Part shown: in pieces, positions 39,835 to 53,601 of the stretch
How positions within the stretch are numbered: the first letter of the stretch is position 1
Layout: each line of letters opens with the position of its first letter
Assembly (NCBI GenBank): GCA_963785325.1
Contig: CAWAVC010000012.1
Coordinates: 35,455-99,454 of the forward strand
DNA from: an uncultured Bacteroidales bacterium
GTDB taxonomy: Bacteria > Bacteroidota > Bacteroidia > Bacteroidales > FEN-979
DNA: 64,000 bases
Direction of reading: 5' to 3'
Notes under the pieces: model-generated
Seen by the model: only the letters and a program-made list of their open reading frames with translations
Database searches by the model: none
Told to the model about the DNA's origin: nothing
Translations under genes and position numbers: made by a program

Positions 39835-40071
39835 TTACGCACTATGCCTATTGGTCTGTTCATCCTCTCCTGCAACAGTATCCAATTCTTTTAGAATTTT
39901 ATCCACATCTTCTTCTGTTGTCGAGAGTTTTGTTTTACATATTTTAATCAGATGTGAGGCTCTCTTGACCTTTTGAGATAACTCATCAACTGAAATTTCA
40001 CCCTTCTCAATCTCGCTAACGATAGTTTGCAATTCCTTGAAGGCATCTGTATAATTAATTGCTTCAGTCAT
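39835..40071 (-). CDS. xseB: Exodeoxyribonuclease VII small subunit
   Basis: YTDAFKELQTIVSEIE..SVDEL..C..KL; adjacent to xseA. Confidence 0.92.
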   Translation of the reverse strand: MTEAINYTDAFKELQTIVSEIEKGEISVDELSQKVKRASHLIKICKTKLSTTEEDVDKILKELDTVAGEDEQTNRHSA

Positions 40072-40078
40072 TGTGATG

Positions 40079-41470
40079 TTATTTTTTTGTTGATTTTACC
40101 ACGCTGTTTATTTTTCCGTCAAACACGATAGTTTCAATGAGTTCATTCTTTTTGACCTGATTGATGGTTTTTATTGATACTCCATTTGCCAGGGTTATGC
40201 TGTAACCCCTCTTAAGCACATTCCGGGGACTCATATTGACAATATTTTTTTCAATTCCGTTTAACAGTATTTTAATCCGATCGAGTCGAACTATACTTTC
40301 CTTTTTCAAATCAGCTGTAAGGTGTTTAATTTCATGGTTCATAGTAACATACAAAGCATTAACTCCTCTATTGGTATTATTAATAAGGTTGTCAATAATT
40401 TCTTTTTGCATCTTTAACATGAAAACGGAATACTGCTGTATACGTTGAACCTGTCTCTTAATCTGGTTTCGATGTTCTATCAGGATATTTTCTGTAACAG
40501 ACCGAAACAGTTTGACTTCAGCATGTAATTTTCCTTTTTCATCTGTAACAAATCTTTTTGACTTCTCAATGATCTTCTCTTCCGCTTTATGAACCGGTAC
40601 TGAAAAATTGTGAAACAATTGAAGAAGGTATTCTGCGATTTTCGTTGGGGTGATTGCATTGGAATAGGCTATCAATTCAACAACTGTTTCATTTGTCGTA
40701 TGTCCAATTCCGGTAATAACAGGTAGTGGAAATAGGGCGACGTACTTTGCGAGTTCGAAGTTATTAAAACAGGATAGCCCAATGTCTCCTCCTCCACCAC
40801 GGATGATGGCCACTGCATCAAAGTGATCAATAACCTTTTTAATCCGTCCAAGCTGATATATAATCGACTCAACAGCTTTCTCTCCTTGTAAAAGCGAAGG
40901 AAACAGAAAATGGAAAAATTTATAATTCCATGGGTTAGTATCCAGTACATTTAAAAAGTCAGCATAACCTTTGCTTGTTTCTACAGAAATAATTGCTATT
41001 CGCTGAAGCAGTATGGAAACCTTAAGTTCCTTATTTTTATTGAACACTCCTTGTTCTTTTAATTTCCTTATGGTATCCTGTTTTTCCTTTTCTAAATCGC
41101 CTAAGGTAAAGTCAGGATCAATCTCTATTATTCGTAAAGCAAGTCCATAAACCGGATCAAATGATATCCTGGCAAGGAACAGAATTTTAATACCGTCTTT
41201 TAAAGGCTCATGGATAACCTTTAAGAATTTCTCATTAATGGCATTATAATCTTCCTTCCAAAGGTGTGATTTAACCTGGGCAATTATTTTCCCTTCATGT
41301 TTCTCAATCAGGTCAGGGTAACAATGTCCGGAATGGCTATAATAGTTCAATTTGCTCATCTCGGCTTTAACCCAAAATGAACTCGTATATCGTTCCGAAA
41401 GTGTTTTCTGAATACTCTGCGTTACTTCGATCAAAGAAAACACTTTTTTCTTGCCAACTTCTTCTGACAT
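40079..41470 (-). CDS. xseA: Exodeoxyribonuclease VII large subunit
   Basis: SGHCY, IIRGGGG, VITGIGH, TPT, VLKRGYSI. Confidence 0.93.
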   Translation of the reverse strand: MSEEVGKKKVFSLIEVTQSIQKTLSERYTSSFWVKAEMSKLNYYSHSGHCYPDLIEKHEGKIIAQVKSHLWKEDYNAINEKFLKVIHEPLKDGIKILFLARISFDPVYGLALRIIEIDPDFTLGDLEKEKQDTIRKLKEQGVFNKNKELKVSILLQRIAIISVETSKGYADFLNVLDTNPWNYKFFHFLFPSLLQGEKAVESIIYQLGRIKKVIDHFDAVAIIRGGGGDIGLSCFNNFELAKYVALFPLPVITGIGHTTNETVVELIAYSNAITPTKIAEYLLQLFHNFSVPVHKAEEKIIEKSKRFVTDEKGKLHAEVKLFRSVTENILIEHRNQIKRQVQRIQQYSVFMLKMQKEIIDNLINNTNRGVNALYVTMNHEIKHLTADLKKESIVRLDRIKILLNGIEKNIVNMSPRNVLKRGYSITLANGVSIKTINQVKKNELIETIVFDGKINSVVKSTKK

Positions 41471-41476
41471 TATATT

Positions 41477-42046
41477 TTATAGTATTTGCCGTCTTTTTAA
41501 TTCCCAAAAGCATTTTGCAGTCGCATAGATATCAACCTCCGCGTTGTGTGCTTCTTCAAAGCCTGTACCGAAAAGCTTGTAATGAAGTTCTGAAAGCTTA
41601 GGCCACTTGTAGCCATAAGGTCCATTAATCTTACAAAAGTTGGTAGTTTCTTCCATGGTACAGATTTTTCTCTTTGCAGGAACTGTATTAACCATGCTTT
41701 TTCTTAGAAACTCAGCGCCTACAATCTTCTCATCAAAACTCATGTTATGGGCAACCAGAAAGTTTACCTGAGAGATCAGAACCTGAAACTCATTCAAAAC
41801 GTCTTGCAAAGCAACGCCTTCATTTAACGCCCTTTCGTTCGAGATTCCATGGATCCGTGAAGCCTCGGGTGGAATGATGAAGCCTTCCGGCTTTATCAGG
41901 TAACTTTTACCATCAATTTTATTACCATTTTCGTCATAATGCAACCAGGCAAGTTGAACAAGCCTAGGCCAGTTTTTTAAATTGGTCACAGGGGCCTTCC
42001 AGTTCAATGGCAGCCCAGTAGTTTCAGTATCAAAGAATAAATACAT
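41477..42046 (-). CDS. DEDDh 3'-5' exonuclease (DnaQ-like)
   Basis: FFDTETTGL, VAHNMSFD, AHNAEVD. Confidence 0.9.
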   Translation of the reverse strand: MYLFFDTETTGLPLNWKAPVTNLKNWPRLVQLAWLHYDENGNKIDGKSYLIKPEGFIIPPEASRIHGISNERALNEGVALQDVLNEFQVLISQVNFLVAHNMSFDEKIVGAEFLRKSMVNTVPAKRKICTMEETTNFCKINGPYGYKWPKLSELHYKLFGTGFEEAHNAEVDIYATAKCFWELKRRQIL

Positions 42047-42155
42047 TTGATTTTTTTAAGTAACATTATTGTAATTCTATCAAATTCATAAAAATAATCT
42101 TGTAAAAATGGGTAAAGATAACTAAACAGACCTTTTCGTCCTGAAAAAATTAAGA

Positions 42156-42188
42156 TAATTTTGTAATAGAACAAGATTCTCATCGTCT
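42156..42188 (+). promoter_or_regulatory. Promoter region of the ECF operon: sigma-A -7 (TAATTTTG) overlapping a putative ECF-type TGTAAT-N16-CGTCT motif
   Basis: TGTAAT at 42162-42167 and CGTCT at 42184-42188. Confidence 0.45.
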
Positions 42189-42199
42189 TACAATTGATT

Positions 42200-42715
42200 A
42201 TGGATCTCCACGAATTTAAAATAAAGGTCTTTCCACTGAAGAATAAGCTGTTCAGGCTGGCAAACCAGTTACTTGGCGATTTCGAAGAAGCCCAGGACAT
42301 CGTTCAGGAGGCTTTCATTAAATTGTGGAACCGGAGGGAAAAACTTGATGAATATCGTAGTGTGGAAGCTCTGGCAATGGTGACAACACGAAATCTCTGC
42401 CTCGACAAAATAAAGGCAAAGAAGTACCCAACGGAGAAACTGGAAAACCTGAAGTCAGATATCCCGGAACCGGCAATGGAAACAAAAACGGATTTCGTTG
42501 ATCTGTCTGATAAAATCAAAGAGATCATTCGGACGCTCCCGGAACAAATGAAGACCATCATACAGTTACGGGACATTGAAGGCTATGATTTTGAAGAAAT
42601 TGCAGGGATTCTTGGGATGACTGAAAATACCATCCGGGTCAACCTGTCAAGAGCCAGGAGAAAAGTGAGGGAAATAATGATAAACAAAAAGTTATATGAA
42701 TTTGAAAGAAATTGA
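42200..42715 (+). CDS. ECF RNA polymerase sigma-70 factor
   Basis: AQDIVQEAFIKLW (region 2); GYDFEEIAGILG..TIRVNLSRAR (region 4). Confidence 0.93.
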   Translation: MDLHEFKIKVFPLKNKLFRLANQLLGDFEEAQDIVQEAFIKLWNRREKLDEYRSVEALAMVTTRNLCLDKIKAKKYPTEKLENLKSDIPEPAMETKTDFVDLSDKIKEIIRTLPEQMKTIIQLRDIEGYDFEEIAGILGMTENTIRVNLSRARRKVREIMINKKLYEFERN

Positions 42716-43277
42716 AGAGCTGCTTGAAAAATTTTATGAAGGAAACACGACGCTTGAAGAGGAACAGCAACTAAGGGATTACTTCACGAGAGAGACAGTA
42801 CCGTCACATCTGTCAGAACACGCCGGTCTTTTCCGTTTTTATGCAGCAGTTGGAAAAGAAGAATTTCCGGATCCGGAATTTGAAACTCATTTTCTTACGA
42901 CAATTAAGGAATCACATGTCATCCCAATGTACTCAAAGAGAAAACATTTCTTCTTCATCACCGGAATTGCTGCTGCAATATTAATTCTTGTAGGAATGAT
43001 CTTCACCTTACGCAACAACGTTAACCGGCGTCCTATAAAGAATGTCGTAAATAATGAAATCGCTTATCAGCAGGCAAAGAATGCCCTGGTCATGCTATCT
43101 GCAAACTTCAATGCAGGTCTTGACCAGGTACAGAAACTGGAAAATTTCCAGAAAGGCCTTAAAGAAGTACAAAAATTGCAAGCCTTTCAAACAGGAATAG
43201 ACCAGATGAACAAATTATCGAAATTCTATCAATATCAACAAATAATTATTAACCCTGGCGACTTATATCGCCCATAA
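42696..43277 (+). CDS. Putative membrane anti-sigma factor
   Basis: LLEKFYEGNTTLEEE N-terminus; single TM; overlaps the sigma gene. Confidence 0.75.
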   Translation: MNLKEIEELLEKFYEGNTTLEEEQQLRDYFTRETVPSHLSEHAGLFRFYAAVGKEEFPDPEFETHFLTTIKESHVIPMYSKRKHFFFITGIAAAILILVGMIFTLRNNVNRRPIKNVVNNEIAYQQAKNALVMLSANFNAGLDQVQKLENFQKGLKEVQKLQAFQTGIDQMNKLSKFYQYQQIIINPGDLYRP

Positions 43278-43289
43278 AACACAGATAAA

Positions 43290-43838
43290 ATGAAAACCCT
43301 GAAATTAACATTCGTGATAGCATTCGTGGCAATCTCATTCTTAGCAAATGCCCAGACCTCCTTCGACAAATTTTATGAGAAATATGCCACACAGGCGGGA
43401 TATACTTCCGTGAATATTTCAAAAGAGCTTTTCCAGATGTTTGCCAACATTGGCGATCAAAAAGACACCGATACACGGGATATGAAAAAAATGATGGATC
43501 AGCTTAATGGGTTGAAAGTGTTAAGCTGTAAACCCGATTCACTGAAACCCGGCAAAGCCACCGCTTTCTTTAACGAAGCTTCGGCACTTTTTAATAATCC
43601 CGAATACAAAGAATTAATGACAGTAAATGATGAAGGCAACAATATCCGTTTCCTTACCAAATCTGATAGCAAAGGGAAGATTAGCGAGATGGTAATGCTT
43701 GTGAAAGGAAAAGATGAAATAGTTGTCCTGGATATAAATGGATTAATTGATTTATCTACAATCTCCAAACTCTCTAAATCCATGAACATCCATGGAATGG
43801 AAAACCTGCAGAAAATGAAGGAACATAATAAAAAATAA
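43290..43838 (+). CDS. DUF4252-family exported protein
   Basis: Signal peptide; YTSVNISKELF..YKELMTV..I.G.IDL pattern; usual ECF/anti-sigma neighbour. Confidence 0.8.
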   Translation: MKTLKLTFVIAFVAISFLANAQTSFDKFYEKYATQAGYTSVNISKELFQMFANIGDQKDTDTRDMKKMMDQLNGLKVLSCKPDSLKPGKATAFFNEASALFNNPEYKELMTVNDEGNNIRFLTKSDSKGKISEMVMLVKGKDEIVVLDINGLIDLSTISKLSKSMNIHGMENLQKMKEHNKK

Positions 43839-43846
43839 GAGGAAGT

Positions 43847-45129
43847 TCAGGACCGGGCTTTTGTCAAAAGGATTTTGTCGATCCGGATTGCCGTCCATTT
43901 TCACAATCTCGAAGTGATATCTATCCCAATCAAAAGAGTCGCCGGTTTTCGGGATCTCTTTCAATTGATAGATTGCAAATCCAGCAATGGAGTCAAACTG
44001 GACACCCGTAAAATCATAATCTTCAATTTCGAATTCATGAATAAATTCGAAAAAGGCAAGTTTCCCATCAATCAGCCAGCTGCCATCCGGGCGTTTGATG
44101 ACTTCGGGTTCATCCATGTCGGTAATATCGCCCACGAGTCCATCAAGGATATCATTGATGGTCACAATCCCTTCGATTGATCCGAATTCATCAACAACAA
44201 GTCCGCAATGAATCCGTGTTTCCTTGAACTTCTCAAGCACCTGATAGGCTTTTTTACCACTTGGGACGATGTTGACTTTTTTAATATATTTCCTGAGGTC
44301 AAGATCAGGTTCTTTTAGCATTGCGATCAGGAGGTCTTTGGCATAAATGATCCCGAGAACATGATCGAGTTCTTTTTCGCAAAGCGGATATACAGAATGT
44401 GTATTATCGGTAATAATCTTTACATTTTGTATCATTAGGTGTCTTCAGTATTCAGCCAGACAATGTTATTACGATGTGGTCATCAGTGCACCGATTCGCT
44501 GATCGCCTAGGTGAAACACACGTTCCACAATATCCTGTTCAATTTCCTGTATCTCGCCGACTTCAGTACCTTCTTCCAGCAGTGCCCGTATTTCTTCTTC
44601 TGTAACCTGTGAATCAGGTTTTTTATGGAGGTCGAAAAGGTTAACAATGAATTCGGTCGTGCTGCTCAACAACCAAACAAAAGGCAACATTATTTTCGAG
44701 AGAAGAAACATGGGTCTTGCAATGGCCATAGCAATGGATTCAGGGTTTGTCATTCCGATCCGTTTTGGAACCAGTTCTCCGGCAATGATAGAAAAGAAAG
44801 TGATTAAGAATATAACAACGATTAATGAAAGGTTATTGCTGAGAGGTTCTGATATTCCCAGGCTAAAAAGCCTTGTATCGAGTTCATGGGCTAAACCGGT
44901 ACCTCCGAATACCCCTATCAGGATGGCAATGAGTGTGATTCCCACCTGAATAGTAGATAGAAAGCGATTGGGGATCCGAGATGTGTAGTACGAGTTTTGC
45001 ATTTTTGTTCCCTTTCCGCAGCAACTCTTCCAGTCTTGATTTCCGGGACGATACTATAGCAATCTCTGACATGGCAAAGAGCCCATTCAAAAGAATAAGG
45101 AAAACAAGAATAAGAATTTGTTCTGTCAT
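43847..45129 (-). CDS. HlyC/CorC (CNNM-CBS) family membrane protein, split by ~3 frameshifts
   Basis: LNGLFAMSEIA, FLSTIQVGIT, GELVPK, VVDEFGSIEG and CorC domain spread over ORFs 44884..45129, 44469..45002 and 43752..44435; corrected end GNRIDKILLTKARS-stop. Confidence 0.85.
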
Positions 45130-45329
45130 TTAGTCAAAAACTTTTCCCCTTGTACAAGCAGGAAGTCTGCACGGATTTTTATACTGCGAAAATACAAAAA
45201 ATCATGCGCTATACAAACCCATAATTGAAGCTTCATAGCAAAACCGGAATGCAGTATGTGATTAATTTTTCACAATATTGAACTGCTTTGATCGAAAAAT
45301 AAAGCCAGATGACATTAGTAGAATCTCCG

Positions 45330-45861
45330 TTAAATTAGGATCCAAACCAAAACGATTCCGGCATATCCGAGCAAATTTCCGTACCATAACCATTTCTTGC
45401 GTGTAAGTGCAGAAATGGCACAGATTGCGATTGCAATCTGAAACAATGTGACACCTTTGGCGAGTGCATTGTGCTGCACAAGGTACCTGGCCGAACTCTT
45501 CCTGTTTTTCTGTTGCATCCTTTTTGATATCCTGCTGTTCTTCCTTGTATCGTTCGGCATTTTTAGCATCTTTAATATCGGCTTCCTTTCCCATCTGATT
45601 CAGCAATTCCATCTTACTTTCCAGAACAGCCGATTTAATTCCCTTGGCCTGGTAAAATGCCCATTGATCGGAGGCCTGGATCTGCTCAATCATTGCTTCA
45701 TTGGCATAATGGCTTGCAAATAATGCAGTGATAGCAGCAAGAACTGACAGCAATGCTGCCGTCAGGGCCACCATCATAATCCAGCTCTCCTGGCTGTGAT
45801 GAGCCTCATGTTCAAGCTCTTCATGGAGATGTTCGGTCGGGACTTCAATTTCTTCTGGCAT
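45330..45861 (-). CDS. DUF4337-family membrane protein, frameshift at ~45497
   Basis: ASDQWAFYQAKGIK and LFQIAIAICAISALT motifs; -7 element TAAATTTG at 45887-45894 on the minus strand. Confidence 0.8.
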
Positions 45862-45937
45862 AATAATCGGTTTTATTTCTTTTTAGCAAATTTAGAATTA
45901 TAATGATTAGCACATAATCGGTGTTGAAATTTTTCGG

Positions 45938-45972
45938 AATTTCGTAATTCGTAATTTTTCATTTTTCATTCT
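45938..45972. repeat. TTCGTAA x2 and TTTTCAT x2 (reverse complements of the AATTACG and AATGAAA families)
   Basis: Read directly, immediately before the cutC start. Confidence 0.75.
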
Positions 45973-45973
45973 T

Positions 45974-46329
45974 ATGCTACTTGAGGCTTGTGTTAATTCT
46001 GCTGTTTCTGCGATCGAAACTCAAAAAGGCGGCGCCGACCGCATAGAACTTTGCGAAAACATGCTTGAGGGCGGATGCACACCCAGTGCAGGAGCGATAA
46101 TGTTTGCCAGGCAACATCTTCACATCGGCTTGTTCGTGATGATCTGTCAGCGAGGCTCTGATTTCTGCTATAGAAAGGAAGAGTTTGAAATCATGAAACA
46201 GGATGTAAAGCTAGCAAAATGGGCAAACCCGACCTCCCAGAATATGAAACAATCATTGTAAATAAAAAAAGAATTTTAAAGGCCAGAAAAATAATTACGA
46301 ATTACGAATTACAGATTACGACAACCTGA
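45974..46329 (+). pseudogene. cutC: CutC copper-homeostasis-family remnant with a large internal deletion
   Basis: LEACV, GGADRIELC, GGCTPS present; MIRPRGGDF degraded to MICQRGSDF; after ~80 codons the sequence jumps to a C-terminal-like MGKPDLPEYE segment in another frame (46219). Confidence 0.75.
46293..46322. repeat. AATTACG-family heptamers x4
   Basis: AATTACG AATTACG AATTACA GATTACG. Confidence 0.8.
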
Positions 46330-46348
46330 ATTTAAACAATTTATACAA

Positions 46349-49550
<3,202 letters not shown>

Positions 49551-49765
49551 TGAAATATCCAGCCAGCCGGAAGAGCTTTGACACTCTTGTTAAAGGAGAT
49601 GCAATTCACACTGGGGCAATCAGAGGCAAAGAGGATGAAAAGAAGTCTGAATAGATGAAAAATCTCATCGAAAGGATTGTTAAAGTCAATTGATTTTTCC
49701 CAGACTTTTAATCTCACCATAACAGAAAAAAACCGTAAGTTTGATCACTTAAAACAAACATCTTT

Positions 49766-52114
49766 ATGCTGAAAAAAATTGCAATTTCCACTCTGCTGAT
49801 TTCATCCTTCTTCTTGTCAGGAATGGCTGTGAATCCAGCCATTTCTATCATCCCGAAGCCTGTAAAGATGAAAATGGGGACCGGGGTTTTTTTTATTAAT
49901 GACCGCACTGCTTTGCTTTTTACCGCAGGTGATGAAGAAGCCATGAATACGGCCAGGATGTTTGCAGGCCACCTTGAAATGGCAGGAGGACCTGTGTTGA
50001 CGGCACTTGGTGTTAGCAGTAATTATATGAATATTCCAGGAATTATCTTCATTATAAAAAAGGACACTCACATCCCTTCCGAGGGTTATGTGCTGACCGT
50101 TTCTAAAAACAACATCATCATCGAAGGAGGAAGCGGCGCAGGGTTATTTTATGGGATGCAAACGCTCCTTCAGCTGCTTCCACCTGAAATATTTGCCTCC
50201 AAAGCATTGCAGGCCGGTAATACATGGAGTGTTCCCTGCATCAAAGTTCTGGATCATCCGCGTTTTCCTTATCGGGGAATGCACCTCGATGTTTCAAGGC
50301 ATTTCTTTCCGAAGGAGTTCATATTAAAGTACATCGATCTCATTGCCTCTTTTAAGATGAACACTTTCCATTGGCACCTTACAGATGATAATGGCTGGAG
50401 GATAGAAATAAAGAAGTACCCTAAGCTAATGCAGACTGCGGCCTGGCATGTTGACCGTGAAAACCTGCCATGGTTGGAACGACCGCCACAGAAGGCCGGA
50501 GAAAAAGCTGATTATGGTGGATACTATACACAGGATGAGATCAGGGAAGTGGTTGAATATGCAAAGAAAAGATACGTTACGATCATTCCGGAGATAGAGA
50601 TGCCAGCACATTCGGTGGAAGTGCTTGCCGCATATCCTCAGTTTTCTTGTACCGGTGGACCGTTTACAGTGCCTCCGGGAAGTTATTGGCCGAATTCCGA
50701 CATACTTTGTGCTGGCAATGATTCCACCTTTACTTTCCTGGAGGATGTGCTTACGGAAGTCATGAATCTTTTCCCCTCGAAATACATTCATATCGGCGGT
50801 GATGAGGCAGATAAGACACGGTGGAAGGAATGTCCCAAATGCCAGGCCCGGATCAAGGCTGAAGGTCTTAAAGATGAGAAAGAGTTGCAAAGCTATTTCA
50901 TCAAACGCATCGAAAAATTCGTGACTTCTAAAGGCCGGAAATTAATTGGCTGGGATGAGATCCTGGAAGGAGGACTGGCGCCTGAGGCGACCGTAATGTC
51001 TTGGCGTGGGCTCGAAGGCGGTATTGCTGCTGCACGTCAGAATCATGATGTGATAATGACACCCGGCACCTACTGCTACTTTGATCATTATCAGGGTGAT
51101 CCTAAAACAGAACCCAAAGCTATAGGCGGTTTCCTGACTTTGAAGAAAGTATATTCTTATGAGCCGGTACCACGTGAATTGACAAAAGAACAATCAAATT
51201 ATATTCTTGGGGCACAGGGAAATCTTTGGACTGAATATGTCCCAACACCGGAACATGCTGAATACATGGTTGTACCCCGGATGATCGCACTCGCCGAAGT
51301 AGACTGGACTCCCGGAAACCTGAAGAACTGGAATGATTTTCGCTCACGTCTGGACCCCGAATTTCGCAGATTGGATCTTCTTCATGTTAATTATTGCAAA
51401 GGTTCTGATAAAATTGAGATCCGTACACATTTTGATAAAAAAAGTCAGTCGATGAAATGCTGGCTTGAATCAGAACAACCAGGAACTCCAATTGTTTATA
51501 CCCTCAATGGGAATGATCCCACTCCTGAATCTCCTGTTTATAACGGACCTTTTGAGATTAAAAAGAATGTTTATATAAAAGCCGGATTACTTCGTGATGG
51601 TAAGGTTATGGAACATACAGAAAGGACATTCATCAATCACCTGGCTCTCGGGAAAAAAATCCGGTACCTGGAACCTTGTAGCTATCGATATACCGGAGGC
51701 GGGAACGAAGCATTAATAGATGGGTTACGCGGAACTGTCGATTATCTGCAGGGAAATTGGCAGGGATTCCTGGGTAATAACCTTGATGTGATCATCGATC
51801 TTGGCAGTATTCAACCAGTAAAGACGGTTCTGATTACTTTCTTGCAAAGTACTAAAAGTTGGATCTTCTTTCCTGATTCAGTGACATTCTCGCTATCCTC
51901 CAATGGAAAGAAATTTCATTCTATCAATGAACAATTGAACACTGAATCAAAAAAGATCGGAAAAAATGTCATTAAACAATTTTCTCAGACCTTCCCTTCA
52001 ACGCCAGCCCGCTATGTTCGTGTACGAGCAAAAAACACTGGCACATGCCCTCCCTGGCATGAAGGCAAAGGGCAACCATGCTGGTTGTTTGTAGATGAAA
52101 TTGCAGTGTTTTAG
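49766..52114 (+). CDS. GH20 beta-N-acetylhexosaminidase with chitobiase/FN3 and F5/8-like C-terminal domains
   Basis: YRGMHLDVSRHF, HWHLTDD, HIGGDE, GWDEI, GNLWTEY; -7 element TAAGTTTG at 49736-49743. Confidence 0.95.
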   Translation: MLKKIAISTLLISSFFLSGMAVNPAISIIPKPVKMKMGTGVFFINDRTALLFTAGDEEAMNTARMFAGHLEMAGGPVLTALGVSSNYMNIPGIIFIIKKDTHIPSEGYVLTVSKNNIIIEGGSGAGLFYGMQTLLQLLPPEIFASKALQAGNTWSVPCIKVLDHPRFPYRGMHLDVSRHFFPKEFILKYIDLIASFKMNTFHWHLTDDNGWRIEIKKYPKLMQTAAWHVDRENLPWLERPPQKAGEKADYGGYYTQDEIREVVEYAKKRYVTIIPEIEMPAHSVEVLAAYPQFSCTGGPFTVPPGSYWPNSDILCAGNDSTFTFLEDVLTEVMNLFPSKYIHIGGDEADKTRWKECPKCQARIKAEGLKDEKELQSYFIKRIEKFVTSKGRKLIGWDEILEGGLAPEATVMSWRGLEGGIAAARQNHDVIMTPGTYCYFDHYQGDPKTEPKAIGGFLTLKKVYSYEPVPRELTKEQSNYILGAQGNLWTEYVPTPEHAEYMVVPRMIALAEVDWTPGNLKNWNDFRSRLDPEFRRLDLLHVNYCKGSDKIEIRTHFDKKSQSMKCWLESEQPGTPIVYTLNGNDPTPESPVYNGPFEIKKNVYIKAGLLRDGKVMEHTERTFINHLALGKKIRYLEPCSYRYTGGGNEALIDGLRGTVDYLQGNWQGFLGNNLDVIIDLGSIQPVKTVLITFLQSTKSWIFFPDSVTFSLSSNGKKFHSINEQLNTESKKIGKNVIKQFSQTFPSTPARYVRVRAKNTGTCPPWHEGKGQPCWLFVDEIAVF

Positions 52115-52159
52115 ATGCTGGAAAGTGAATATTAATTAACTCGGAGTAGTTTTCGCAAT

Positions 52160-52178
52160 AATTTTCAATTATCAATTA
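52160..52178. repeat. AATTTTC AATTATC AATTA heptamers running into the frr stop
   Basis: Read directly. Confidence 0.6.
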
Positions 52179-52739
52179 AACCGTCAAAATATCCTTCTCT
52201 TTCCCTTCAAAAATCTTGTCAACCCTGACAATATTTTCATCGGTTAATTTCTGAATATCTTCTTCCAGTTTATCCACTTCATCTTCAGGAACTCCATCTT
52301 TCTTAAGTTTTTTGGCAGTTTCATTAGCAATCCGACGGATGTTCCGGATACTGATCTTTGCATTTTCCGCTTCCATCTTCGCTTTCCTTACCAGATCCCT
52401 GCGCCGCTCTTCGGTCAATGCAGGAACAACTATGCGAAGGATATCGCCTTCATGTTTGGGGTTAAATCCAAGGTTGGCAGCAAGAATTGCTTTTTCAATC
52501 AACCCAAGAACACTTTTATCCCAAGGTTGAACAATAATCTGACGGGCATCAGGAGTGCTGATGTTGGCAGTTTGATCAATAGGTGTTATTGCCCCGTAAT
52601 AATCAATCCTGACTCCATCCAACATCTGAGGACTTGCTTTCCCTGCACGTACCTTCTGGAGTTCTTTTTCCAAATGAAGGATAGCATTGTGCATTCCTTC
52701 CTTGGCTTCCTCGAGAGCAAATTCTATCTCTTCATGCAT
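52176..52739 (-). CDS. frr: Ribosome recycling factor
   Basis: VRAGKASP, IIVQPWD, PALTEERR, IRNIRR. Confidence 0.97.
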   Translation of the reverse strand: MHEEIEFALEEAKEGMHNAILHLEKELQKVRAGKASPQMLDGVRIDYYGAITPIDQTANISTPDARQIIVQPWDKSVLGLIEKAILAANLGFNPKHEGDILRIVVPALTEERRRDLVRKAKMEAENAKISIRNIRRIANETAKKLKKDGVPEDEVDKLEEDIQKLTDENIVRVDKIFEGKEKDILTV

Positions 52740-52778
52740 AATGTCAACTGTTTATTATCTAATGGATAGTTCAAAATA

Positions 52779-52832
52779 TTTGTATGTCTCTATGACTCTG
52801 GATCTTTGTATGTTTCAATTATCAATAATTCA
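52779..52832. repeat. Degenerate octamer (TTTGTATG/TCTCTATG) and AATTATC-type units between frr and pyrH
   Basis: Read directly; weaker than the other arrays. Confidence 0.5.
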
Positions 52833-53534
52833 TTTTACCACAGTCCCAACTTTCTCTCCCCTGATAACTTTTAAAAGGTTTCCTTTAACATTCATATTAA
52901 AGACAAAAATAGGCAAATTATTCTCGCGACAAAGTGTAAAGGCAGTCAGATCCATGACTTGTAATCCCTTCTCATATGCTTCATCAAATGAAATGTATTC
53001 GTATTTTACTGCCTTAGGATCTTTTTCGGGATCAGCAGAATAAACCCCGTCTACACGGGTACCTTTCAGTATGGCATCAGCATTAATCTCGAGGGCACGC
53101 AAAGCAGAAGCTGTGTCCGTTGTAAAATAGGGATTACCCGTGCCTCCTGCAATGATAACAATATACCCTTTGGATAAATATTCTATTGCTTTAGACCTGC
53201 CCATAAGTTCACAAACCGGGTCGATAGCAATTCCAGAAAGCACCTTAGAAGGTACAGCTAGACGTGTAAAAGCATCTTGTAATGCCATGCTGTTAATGAT
53301 AGTGGCCAGCATACCCATGTAGTCGCCTTGAACCCTATCGGTACCGCCGTTTGTTCCTTTAATCCCTCTGAAGATATTTCCTCCTCCGATCACTATAGCC
53401 ACCTGAATCTTTTCATCAATAGCTGCTTTTATCTCTTTTGCATAATCCATTAGTCTTTCCGGGTCGATACCATATTGCTGTTCGCCCTGAAGCGCTTCTC
53501 CGCTTAATTTTAAAAGAATCCGTTTAAGTTTCAT
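52830..53534 (-). CDS. pyrH: UMP kinase
   Basis: RILLKLSGEAL, IGGGNIFRG, GTGNPYFTTD. Confidence 0.97.
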   Translation of the reverse strand: MKLKRILLKLSGEALQGEQQYGIDPERLMDYAKEIKAAIDEKIQVAIVIGGGNIFRGIKGTNGGTDRVQGDYMGMLATIINSMALQDAFTRLAVPSKVLSGIAIDPVCELMGRSKAIEYLSKGYIVIIAGGTGNPYFTTDTASALRALEINADAILKGTRVDGVYSADPEKDPKAVKYEYISFDEAYEKGLQVMDLTAFTLCRENNLPIFVFNMNVKGNLLKVIRGEKVGTVVK

Positions 53535-53601
53535 ACCAATAAAAATTTATTTTATAAATAATGGTATTGGGTTAATTAGGCAACTTTTAATCTTTAATTC
53601 T

